IMG/VR virus record: IMGVR_UViG_3300037501_000255
DNA: 64,000 nucleotides
Source of the DNA: a virus
Taxonomy: Duplodnaviria; Caudoviricetes
Strand: one strand, 5' to 3'
The notes under the pieces were generated by a model, which saw nothing but the letters and a program-made list of their open reading frames with translations, had not been told where the DNA came from and did no database searches. Of this stretch, positions 29,101-37,125 are shown piece by piece. Position 1 is the first letter of the stretch. Each line of letters opens with the position of its first letter. The translations under genes were made by a program, and so were the position numbers.

Positions 29101-30045
29101 CACTACCATAGCATATTTCGGACTTTCATGATTTAGCGTACCCAATAGATCTATGATTTCTGATACGCTAAGATTTTTTCCTGGGACTGATGCGGGCGCA
29201 ACACCCCCTTCATCGCCAGATAAGGCCGCTGCCTTTTGAATGAAGTAATTATTGAAGCTAGCTAACACAGTGCGTACTTTGGCCCGCGGGTCGGCACCTG
29301 TAACAACAAGGCTAAGTTCAATTGGTTTTAGATCCTTATTTATTTCACCATAGTTTGCTTTGGTCTTGACATGGTGACAGTACTCAGCTTCGGTGGTAGC
29401 CACATTTGAGCACTCGGTACAGATCGACCGCCCCACAGCTGTGCCCATCGACACATTGGTCGCATAGCCCGCTTCAACCTTTCGAGCTAGATCTGGATAA
29501 TTTTTTCTATCTAATGCAAATAGCGCGTGGACACGCTTGAATTTAGGATCATAGAAGGTATCTACGATAATACCACGTATTCCATCAACACTATTGCTAA
29601 TATGGTCTTTACACAGCGGCTTTCCAACCCAATCTTTGTGAGATTTAATCAAATCTTCTTCGGGGAAGATGTCGCCATTTTGATTTTTATATAGCTGAAT
29701 ACCGTCTGGGCTAACCCACTTGACTGAGTCTGAGCCACGCGAATCTTTGACTGATTCAAAATGACCCCGCACAGGTTCGCCCCTAGCATTTTTTCTAAAT
29801 TCGCCGCTACCGTCGTCGACAAGATTTGCCTCGGCGGCATGCATCTGAATCGCATGACAATAGAGGAAATCTTCCATCTTAGGAGCGATCTTTGTTCCAA
29901 CCTTAACACGTTCTTGCTCTTCGCGCAAGGAAGAAATGATCTCTTTAAAGCGGCCAACTATTTCCGCCTCCTCGCCAACAGTTTCGGGAGAAACGATATT
30001 AGAAACTTGTAATTGATCGCTGAAGGCAATCTTTTTAATAGCCAT
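26188..30045 (-). CDS. Prohead protease-scaffolding fusion protein (1285 aa)
   Basis: The N-terminal domain NQNGDIF...VGKPLCKDH...GIIVD...VSMG...SICTEC...YCHH...EIN...IELSLVVTGADP is consistent with an HK97/assemblin-fold protease carrying catalytic His/Ser. It is followed by about 1000 aa of Ala/Glu/Lys-rich coiled and low-complexity sequence. It lies between portal and MCP. Confidence 0.78.
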   Translation of the reverse strand: MAIKKIAFSDQLQVSNIVSPETVGEEAEIVGRFKEIISSLREEQERVKVGTKIAPKMEDFLYCHAIQMHAAEANLVDDGSGEFRKNARGEPVRGHFESVKDSRGSDSVKWVSPDGIQLYKNQNGDIFPEEDLIKSHKDWVGKPLCKDHISNSVDGIRGIIVDTFYDPKFKRVHALFALDRKNYPDLARKVEAGYATNVSMGTAVGRSICTECSNVATTEAEYCHHVKTKANYGEINKDLKPIELSLVVTGADPRAKVRTVLASFNNYFIQKAAALSGDEGGVAPASVPGKNLSVSEIIDLLGTLNHESPKYAMVVQHVSSMKNPELRELALKLKSMKDPALTSVKEAVAELLAERYMTSEAPVIDVSSAVRPTGTTTQPDMGSAAATGHDMAGESLNSEVGQDPTSMVDKNVGVSRTLPDPNSGIATASATSSNYSDGSDAGAKNNSLHNRFAMLKNKEIPMNFAELRKRAEARKQAYHQGTEDPAKALPYEKMGDADKIRDTQDKQMTGKELDTSKDIPAEDAKKKEMLQRASLEERRAKRARLLKALTKEAADDKRPGAVEEKTDSLGRKVMVATKADGTKEVLKADDKEGAVEKKAYWQGTEEPTPGKAQYPLMGEPHEKMRMKDKQMNGSVESGADGMFPGDEQTKRGLQRMASIRARLTKSATPGQSAWKFFSGNNEILTVRASSAYEVGLDEPVKNTAHLSQDGKDLVADDFFKTEAYAKEVMKLIRSAGLEKAAETLGGELPASPAAPAAPEAPAAEAPATPRDTGKDKIAEALASIESAVEEIRNAANIEDLKQVDVAAEGAPVAASFRTQLLKVQAELAEAADELGALSTVSAPVTVVDEAVSDALVVATAAADLLDKFAAKKKKKRDDDKKSKKDKSDKKAKGKDREEDESEEKDDDKEEKDDDKEEKGIEKAGETLAALLAARAARREALVAQAFTEGEDEWEEATKPEIPSLLGHGDTEEDSVVDELEDGLDAAEELAEALRAWDAEDGAMAAKDAGDMPGPLNKAEEKEVAEIADKKADEEVREHEKDMHAKDGLMDRKAWRESLLKKIAGEWQSTYSEARKGSGPDVAVDAKVSDKLNKVETLAEVKEAVEDVAKSEPRNVRMAAEALDRMIRAGVVKAAQIDELVAKGAVDAVAAKYWKDYLGQVDGGREFATGLTQEFKQAKAGLEVKAASEEQEAKLMRAYNLALEAQERGLIAKSRADLHRFASNLVKLPGDQFDAMKNMIGQARKTEEQVKTAAPVVGLNYDRSGATPAAPQTADVSVENLAKLFF
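27291..27341 (-). repeat. 21-nt tandem duplication in the scaffold low-complexity region
   Basis: CTTTGTCATCATCCTTCTCTT occurs at 27300-27320 and 27321-27341 plus a partial copy, encoding EEKDDDK x2. Confidence 0.85.
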
Positions 30046-30245
30046 TACTGATCCTTAATCGAACTTCCTTCCTGTTCCTCTGCCTTTTTATTAGCAGGAG
30101 TCTCTTCGGTCTTTGCTGAGTCAACATCTGTACCTGCAGCCTTGGCCTCTTTGGCTTGCTTAACCCAGCCGGGCATATCCTCTTCGAGACCAAGCTCAAC
30201 TACAGAATATTTAATAAATACCATATTACACCAATTACAAATCAA
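30045..30245 (-). CDS. Small hypothetical protein
   Basis: Fills the gap before the protease gene; the real start may be at MPGWVKQA. Confidence 0.4.
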   Translation of the reverse strand: MICNWCNMVFIKYSVVELGLEEDMPGWVKQAKEAKAAGTDVDSAKTEETPANKKAEEQEGSSIKDQ

Positions 30246-30771
30246 CTATCTTTGAACCTATTTTGATCCTACCAAGAATATCACGATCTATTTTTTGAAA
30301 TAACTGAACAGTGATAATTTCATGCAGCGCTGATTTGGCAGCGACAATGTTATTTACATCTTGCGGAGCATCTTGCAGGAAATTGGGTTCAGTTGGTCGG
30401 CGGAACTTCTCAAGTAATTCGCCCGCCGCATCACGCACCTTGCGAATTTCCTCAACATAGGCCTTGCGCATAGATTCAAAGTTGCCATCTGAAATCATCT
30501 TATTCCACTCGCCCAAGGAGGATTCGACCAGAGTTAAGAAGTCATTCATGTCGCCTTGAATTTTCTGCTTATATGCAACAAGTTCTCTACGTAGCTTTCC
30601 AATGTCGGACGGCTCCCTAATCTCGCCAAGTATTGATGCAAATGACTGGAGCGAATCTGTAATTTGATCCAATTTAACGATCACATCCTTAAGAGAGCGG
30701 CGCACGCGCTTTGCCTGCTCCATTTCTCCAGGACTAATCTTAATTGAATATATTGGCACCGCAATTTTCAA
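30235..30771 (-). CDS. Hypothetical helical protein
   Basis: Co-oriented 178-aa ORF with an N-terminal KIA motif. Confidence 0.6.
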   Translation of the reverse strand: MKIAVPIYSIKISPGEMEQAKRVRRSLKDVIVKLDQITDSLQSFASILGEIREPSDIGKLRRELVAYKQKIQGDMNDFLTLVESSLGEWNKMISDGNFESMRKAYVEEIRKVRDAAGELLEKFRRPTEPNFLQDAPQDVNNIVAAKSALHEIITVQLFQKIDRDILGRIKIGSKIVDL

Positions 30772-30820
30772 TACTGACTCCCGTATCCTACTAATAATTG
30801 TTTACTCGTCTATTAATAGA

Positions 30821-31528
30821 TTACCTTTCTGCCAAGCCGACCTGTGCAGCGAATCCCGAAGACGGCAGGTCGGACTGCATTTCATAGATGGGGTCTGCAA
30901 TCTGCATATTCTTATTCTCTGTGGTGTGCAGATAATCTGCCTGGTTATCAGAGCATAACAGTGACACAGTCTCATCATCGCCAAGCGTCTCAAGCTTTCT
31001 CACCACATCCTCTATCGAGAGCCGCGTGCGCTCGGAAAGAAGATCTATCACAGAATGTAGGCGCTCCTCATTCAAACTATAAGCTTCGCACATATTATCT
31101 ATAGCGTGTTTAACTATGAATAATGAGAAGTCATTATTTGAAAATGCTACCGGGGCAGGAACCGGCTTTCCGGTAGGTGCGCGCGGCGGCGCGGCGATGC
31201 CGGTTAATTTTGGTATGCCAGCTCTACCAAACCCGACAATCTTCACGCTGTTAGAATCAACGATTGCTATATATTCTCCGCCGGTACCATCTCGAACCTG
31301 ACCAACTGCATTTGGATCCTTCCTTACCCGAAATAGCTTAGTCTGAGGCTTAGAACGTGCAAAATCATTAGCCATAGCAGTGTTTAAAAGAACATTTCGT
31401 ACCTTAGCAAAATTGGGATTTGCCGCACGAAATTTCTTACGCGCAGTGACGGTGACGTAAATCCTGCGTCCGGTCGCCGCATCAGTAATTCCACTATCCT
31501 CTATGCCGGCATTAGATAATTTAATCAT
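30821..31528 (-). CDS. Hypothetical protein
   Basis: Co-oriented 235-aa ORF coupled to the upstream gene. Confidence 0.6.
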   Translation of the reverse strand: MIKLSNAGIEDSGITDAATGRRIYVTVTARKKFRAANPNFAKVRNVLLNTAMANDFARSKPQTKLFRVRKDPNAVGQVRDGTGGEYIAIVDSNSVKIVGFGRAGIPKLTGIAAPPRAPTGKPVPAPVAFSNNDFSLFIVKHAIDNMCEAYSLNEERLHSVIDLLSERTRLSIEDVVRKLETLGDDETVSLLCSDNQADYLHTTENKNMQIADPIYEMQSDLPSSGFAAQVGLAER

Positions 31529-32040
31529 AACATTCTGTATAGGTGTCCAAGAATAGAGCTGATAACTGTAGGTGGCTGGGACTGCAGCACATTTTTTATT
31601 ATATTCATTGCTGCACCTATTGCAGCAGATGGGTTATTCTTCTTCTTAGATAGCATATATGGGTTTAATTCAGTTAGGTGTTCACGGATATTTTGAATAA
31701 ATTTTGGCCTATTCTGTATTTTTGAACGCTGCATTAGATGGTGAATTAATCTCACCAGAGTTACCGCAGTATCTTTGGGCGGGAGTGGATCTGAGTACCT
31801 TTTATATTCTGCCGCCGCCTTAGAAAGCGGTTCGGCCAGGCCGAACCGACCATCATCTATGTACATTGTATCACACAAGAATTCATTAGCAAGCTCATCA
31901 ATTTCCTCACGATGATCACAGTGGCACTCCTCGCCACCCTTATGCTTCAATGATAAAATGAGCTTTTTGGCAGCAGCCTTGGCAGCAACATCAAACAACT
32001 CATTTATAATATCATCATGCTTGTTACTCAATTTATACAT
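31525..32040 (-). CDS. Hypothetical helical protein
   Basis: Co-oriented 171-aa ORF. Confidence 0.6.
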   Translation of the reverse strand: MYKLSNKHDDIINELFDVAAKAAAKKLILSLKHKGGEECHCDHREEIDELANEFLCDTMYIDDGRFGLAEPLSKAAAEYKRYSDPLPPKDTAVTLVRLIHHLMQRSKIQNRPKFIQNIREHLTELNPYMLSKKKNNPSAAIGAAMNIIKNVLQSQPPTVISSILGHLYRML

Positions 32041-32043
32041 AAA

Positions 32044-35000
32044 TCATTTCCTACTCTTGCTCTGCATAAATTGAGGAACCTTGTCCCCACGCTGACCCTT
32101 TCCGCCGGGTCTAATTGGAGCGGGATGATATTTATGCTTGACAGTTTCAGTGAATGGAGATTCGTGGGCAGCGCCTGGAGTTGCCGGCGTGCCTGGAGTC
32201 TTGCCACGACTCTTCTTTTCTGGAGTTTTTTTGCCCCACAGAATGTGAGGTAGTACATAGCGTAATTTTTTGTATACGCCTTCACCCTCACTCTGCTGGC
32301 GAGCAAATTCAGACACCGTAGGCAATTCGTCGCTGAACTCAACGGCCATTAACTTAGGATAACGGTCTGGGTCGAAAGCCTCGGCCGTCACCAGCGGAGT
32401 TTCCCGAACCTGAGTAAACCGCCTCGCCAGCTCCTTCTCGCGAACTACAGAAGCCTGCTTGTCAGTCAGCTCTTTCAGATATTCACTGACTTTTGAAGGA
32501 TCAAAATATACGCTTGGCTGCTTACCTTGTGCAGCATCTTTAAGTTTTTCAACTATGTTGTCGAATTTTGATAACGATTCATACTGAGATGCCATTATCG
32601 CTCCGAGCAATTCATTGTATTCCTTATCTACAATCGCCTTAATCTGCTTTTCATCTAAGCCCTCTGCAGAGGCCTTAGCGCGCGCCTTTGCTCTAGCAGC
32701 ATCAAGCTGCTTCTTGGCCTTAGCGGCCCGTTCGTAACGCATTAGAGCCACTTCCGCCTCATACTGAGCGCGGAAGAATAGCATATAAGGATCTTTTGCT
32801 CCCAGCATACGTTCCGGGCGTCCGCGTACGCGCCCAACCCCCCTGCCCATATCACGTTCTTCAACAACAGCTTCCAGCGCAGCCACACCCTCTGGTCGGT
32901 CTATTATAGATTCCCGATCTATATCACTCATAGCCTGCTGCAGCATCTCAATGGCTTGCACGTACTCTGGGGTCCTGTGCAGTTCATCCAAATACTGCGC
33001 ACGCAAGCGAAACTGCTCGCGCGCGTCGCTAGTAGCCACCTCAGCCCGCTCAGTAGCCTGCTTGAGATATTCATCATCAAGCATACGAAGGTAATTATCC
33101 AGCTCAGTTTGCTTATACAGAGCAGCTCTGACCCGACTCTCGCGCGAGGTGTCAGAGGCGGGATTTAGCTCCAAGGCCTTCTTGTACGCATATCTCATAG
33201 CACGACTAGCGTTTAACATGCGGGTGGACGGCAGCTGCTTTGATGGATTATTTGGATCTACAAATTCACGACGACGATACATGGCCGCAAGCTCAGCCTT
33301 GTCGGCTGCACGGTACTTCTTAGCCTTCTCGGCCACGCCCCTTTCAACTGCCCCTTCATAGCGCTGACGATGCTCGCGAATCTTCAGCTTATCCTCTTCA
33401 GTAGGCTCGAATACACGAACCCGGCCCCTTTGACGAGTTGATTCGGGCGACGAAGGCGCAGGTTGACTCCGAACAGCACCCAATCTGCGTTCAACATTGG
33501 CCACCTCGCGCTCTATACGTTGGATATCAAATTCCAGGTCCGTAATCGACTTTTGAGCGACCGCAATCTGGTCTTGAATACTCCTCTGTTCTGATGGAGG
33601 CGCAGAAGACAATTCCTTTTGTAATTTATTCAGTTGCTTATCGTCACCGTACTTACGAGCATATAATTTATCCCGCTTCTCCAGCAGACTTTCAAGCATC
33701 TTTTCCAATTCCTCTGCAGACTCAACATATTTTTGCGGATTCTTTAGTAAATCACGTATCTTGCCAATTTCAGAATGCAGCTGCCGGGCACGCTCTCTGA
33801 GGCGAGCTGATCTGCGCTGAACAGTCTCCTGTTCAATTCGATTGCGCGCCAGCCGTTGGCGATTAAATTCAGGATCTACAGCAGTGCCGCTTTCAAATGA
33901 AGCACGCTCCTGTCTGAGTCTAGCCAGCTCCGCATCCGGCTCTGCGAGGCGCTCTTTTATATCGCGCATTTCCTTTGAGTTAACATGAAGGCGATCCAGT
34001 AGCCCCTTCCGTACATCTTGAGGTATTGCACTAGGATCAATTAGGCCCAATTCAATATCACGACGGATTGCCCCGGTAAGAGCCGCCCTGCCCAATGGTT
34101 CAGGAGTTTCCCACCGACGAGAAAGTGCTTTGGCCCTCTCATCATATTGCGGAAATCTCCAAGGTTCAGATTCGACTGGCTCGGAGCCCCAACCGAACTC
34201 TTTTGCTATATCGCGTTCCTCTCGCTGCACTTTTTTAGAAATCTCAGGGGCCCAACCGCGCTCCCTTATAGTTTTTGCAGGCGCAATCTCTTCTGTGCTT
34301 ACAGGATGCGTTTGCTGGATCAGCCTATCAATAGTTGAAGACACATCTGATCTGAATTTTTGAAAAGCTGGCTGCTCGGCTAAGTACTTGCGTTTCGCCC
34401 TAAGACGCTCCGCTATAACAGGGTCCTTCTCTGCACTCTTCTCAAGATTAGAGAGCTCTGCTTGCAGTTTGTTAAATTCAGCCTCTAGCATTGCAGCTAC
34501 CTTGGCATTTGCACTAACCACACTCTCTAGATCTCTAATGATCTTATTATTGCCATCACTCTTGCTATATTTACCTAATATAAGTGATGGACCGAGTATA
34601 TCTGCAGGAATTTGAGCATCCGCTTTGCCTCCAGCGCGCTGTACCAACGCAGAAAGCGCCTGCCCCAGACGACCCATATATTCGAGCATCTCGCCACTCT
34701 GTCTGTGCGCAATATCTCTATTTATTGTTCCAATTTGAGATTTCCATTTAGAAATTTCAACATCTGCTGGAATAATTCCATCCAGACGCTCATAGTCAGT
34801 TTCAGGAGCAACATCTTTGGTTCTCACTTGCAGCTTGCGTTCCAAAGTCTTCTTCTGTCCTCGCAACATACCACCAGTAGCAACGTCCGGCATAATCTTC
34901 TCAAACATAGAGCGTACTAGCGGAGAATTGAAAGATTTCATATTCTCCTTGAGAGTATCGCGCACGCGAATCATTTCCGGATCTTGCGAGCGAGGCTTAG

Positions 35001-36882
35001 GGGCAGAGACGGCACCAAGCTCCCCTTCCAAGTCAGAAATTTGCTCGGGGAGAGCGTATTCGACCAGCTTAGTCAAGGCAGCGACTTCGGGGTGCGTATC
35101 GCCCAGCTCTTTAGCCCTACGCCTCAACTCATCTCTGGCATCGGCAAGCTGCTTTTTATATTCATCTATAGTCTTAAACTTCTCCAGTTTATCAGCAATT
35201 GTTTGCAGGCGCATCTCAACACTTGCAACATTTGAATATGGAGCAATGGCTGCAATCAACGTATCTGGATTTACCGCGCTACTATCATATAGAGATGCTA
35301 TTTCCGTACGAAGCCTGTTCGATTCTGCATCGGCAAGCTCAACCCGTCGCTTTGCATCCCGGTATCGTGCGCTAGCATCCTTCTGCTGAGCCAATTTATC
35401 CTTAGTTTGCGGACCCGCCATCAGAGCATTTAGTTCCACACTGGCCGCTTCAAGATCTTGTTTTGCACTGCGCAACTCCGCGTCGCTGGTGGTTTTCTTA
35501 GCAAGTAGAGGCGCTAATTTTTCCTGATCGGCAGTTGCGCGCAACAGTCCACGCGCCTCCTCTAGCTTGCCACTCAGCTCCTTATATTCCGCAACATAGT
35601 CTTCGCGAATAGCAGCAAGCGTGCGCTCACCGCGAGGCTGAGAGCCCCTCTCCTTGCTAGGACCAGTATTGGGCGAGGGCGGCTTAGCTGTAAGAGACGT
35701 AGATGGGTCGGGTATCTGCAGCAATATGCGATGCTCGCCACCAATTCTATCAGCGGCAGCCTTTATTGCCGACAATATATCTGCAACAACAGGGGCTACT
35801 GCAGCGGTGTAAAATTCTGATTCAACACCCTGATTTGTGAGAGGGCGGATGAAGTCATTTTCAGATGTTAGAAAGTCACTAATCTCGAGTAGTGGTGTCT
35901 GAGCGTCTTCAAATAAACGTTCTAGCGCAAGGCGCCCAAGTAGGTGAGGGGCTTTAATTGAGGCTTGTGCACGCGAAGAGGTCTTTTTGTGCAAAGAATC
36001 CATCGCCGACACTGCCTTCCGAAGCCTCGCAAGAATATCAACTTCCCCACGTACAAATGTTGGAGCATTACTCAATATTTGTTGTAATCGATTTAATCCA
36101 GCTAAAGCACTGCCCAATGAAGCTGAAAGTTCTTCCAAAATTGGCGCGTACTTTGCAACATCCTCACCACTAGGAGCTACAGGAGCTGTTGCAGCCTGCG
36201 GGGCAGGCTCTGCAGCCTCGCTAGGCTGCTCCGCAGGACTAGATGCCGGTGCATCCAAAGATGCTAATTCGGCACGCTTTGCCGCAAGCTCAGCATTCAG
36301 ACGATCCTGCTCACCCTTAAAATGAGCTTCGCGCGCAGGGTCAATGGTTACGCCGGGGCGCGTCAGCTGCTTCCACACGGATTGAATTCGATTAAGCTCA
36401 GCCCGCAAATCGGCAATCTCTTTTTGCAGGGCAATCGAGCGCCGCTGCTTATCAGAGAGATCTGCTGCTTCCCGCTTTAATTCTGGGGTGGGGAAGCGCT
36501 GTTCTAGTACATGCTCTTCAACTTCGGAGGGGGCCTCTGTTGGCTGCATACCTCCGCGAATATGAGTGACTTCGTGGCCCAAAGTCTTTACAAGCTCATT
36601 GATAAGAGCCTGCCGATCTTCTTCTACACCCTGAGTTTTTAATTGATTCTTTATAGCATCAAGTGAAATATATACTATGCCATCGCCTGTAGCCTTGCCT
36701 AGATATGGCGACTTAGGATTTCCGTGCTCCACCACGACTTTTTTAACGCCATCAAAGTATTTAGGATCTGCGCCCTTGAGCTTATTAACAGCCTCACGCA
36801 CGGCGCTCTCTTCGGGCTCTATGATTATATCTATAGATGAAAACCTATGTATAATTTCATTAATTATACTGTTAAATTTCAT
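32044..36882 (-). CDS. Giant coiled-coil protein with N-terminal zincin-like HExxH motif
   Basis: LVKTLGHEVTHIRG occurs near residue 105. The rest is E/K/R/A-rich and helical, with a basic Pro-rich C-terminus. Confidence 0.6.
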   Translation of the reverse strand: MKFNSIINEIIHRFSSIDIIIEPEESAVREAVNKLKGADPKYFDGVKKVVVEHGNPKSPYLGKATGDGIVYISLDAIKNQLKTQGVEEDRQALINELVKTLGHEVTHIRGGMQPTEAPSEVEEHVLEQRFPTPELKREAADLSDKQRRSIALQKEIADLRAELNRIQSVWKQLTRPGVTIDPAREAHFKGEQDRLNAELAAKRAELASLDAPASSPAEQPSEAAEPAPQAATAPVAPSGEDVAKYAPILEELSASLGSALAGLNRLQQILSNAPTFVRGEVDILARLRKAVSAMDSLHKKTSSRAQASIKAPHLLGRLALERLFEDAQTPLLEISDFLTSENDFIRPLTNQGVESEFYTAAVAPVVADILSAIKAAADRIGGEHRILLQIPDPSTSLTAKPPSPNTGPSKERGSQPRGERTLAAIREDYVAEYKELSGKLEEARGLLRATADQEKLAPLLAKKTTSDAELRSAKQDLEAASVELNALMAGPQTKDKLAQQKDASARYRDAKRRVELADAESNRLRTEIASLYDSSAVNPDTLIAAIAPYSNVASVEMRLQTIADKLEKFKTIDEYKKQLADARDELRRRAKELGDTHPEVAALTKLVEYALPEQISDLEGELGAVSAPKPRSQDPEMIRVRDTLKENMKSFNSPLVRSMFEKIMPDVATGGMLRGQKKTLERKLQVRTKDVAPETDYERLDGIIPADVEISKWKSQIGTINRDIAHRQSGEMLEYMGRLGQALSALVQRAGGKADAQIPADILGPSLILGKYSKSDGNNKIIRDLESVVSANAKVAAMLEAEFNKLQAELSNLEKSAEKDPVIAERLRAKRKYLAEQPAFQKFRSDVSSTIDRLIQQTHPVSTEEIAPAKTIRERGWAPEISKKVQREERDIAKEFGWGSEPVESEPWRFPQYDERAKALSRRWETPEPLGRAALTGAIRRDIELGLIDPSAIPQDVRKGLLDRLHVNSKEMRDIKERLAEPDAELARLRQERASFESGTAVDPEFNRQRLARNRIEQETVQRRSARLRERARQLHSEIGKIRDLLKNPQKYVESAEELEKMLESLLEKRDKLYARKYGDDKQLNKLQKELSSAPPSEQRSIQDQIAVAQKSITDLEFDIQRIEREVANVERRLGAVRSQPAPSSPESTRQRGRVRVFEPTEEDKLKIREHRQRYEGAVERGVAEKAKKYRAADKAELAAMYRRREFVDPNNPSKQLPSTRMLNASRAMRYAYKKALELNPASDTSRESRVRAALYKQTELDNYLRMLDDEYLKQATERAEVATSDAREQFRLRAQYLDELHRTPEYVQAIEMLQQAMSDIDRESIIDRPEGVAALEAVVEERDMGRGVGRVRGRPERMLGAKDPYMLFFRAQYEAEVALMRYERAAKAKKQLDAARAKARAKASAEGLDEKQIKAIVDKEYNELLGAIMASQYESLSKFDNIVEKLKDAAQGKQPSVYFDPSKVSEYLKELTDKQASVVREKELARRFTQVRETPLVTAEAFDPDRYPKLMAVEFSDELPTVSEFARQQSEGEGVYKKLRYVLPHILWGKKTPEKKSRGKTPGTPATPGAAHESPFTETVKHKYHPAPIRPGGKGQRGDKVPQFMQSKSRK

Positions 36883-37124
36883 ATATTCTCCAAAATATCA
36901 TCGAACTCATCAGCCATTGAAAACTCGCCGACAGAATCCAGAGCAGAGGCTATAGTACGTAGCGAACTAACCATGTCTGCCTTCTTTTGCGCCTTAAATA
37001 TGTGCTGTACTAATCCCCAATCACGATCAGTGAACCTGGACTGCTTCTTGCCCTTATGCTTGCGTACAACACGCTTGGCTTTTTGCCACCTGCTCTCATC
37101 TTTCTTAGATAATTTTCCAGGCAT
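36879..37124 (-). CDS. Small basic protein carrying the head-region helical motif
   Basis: Basic N-half, then QKKA, then LRTIASALDSVGEFSMADEFD. Confidence 0.65.
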   Translation of the reverse strand: MPGKLSKKDESRWQKAKRVVRKHKGKKQSRFTDRDWGLVQHIFKAQKKADMVSSLRTIASALDSVGEFSMADEFDDILENI

Positions 37125-37125
37125 A

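Noticed and set aside
32044-36882. Tape measure protein
   Set aside because: It is charged coiled-coil without the Ala/Gly/Trp periodic repeats or TM segments typical of tape measures, and no tail tube, sheath or chaperone genes are adjacent.
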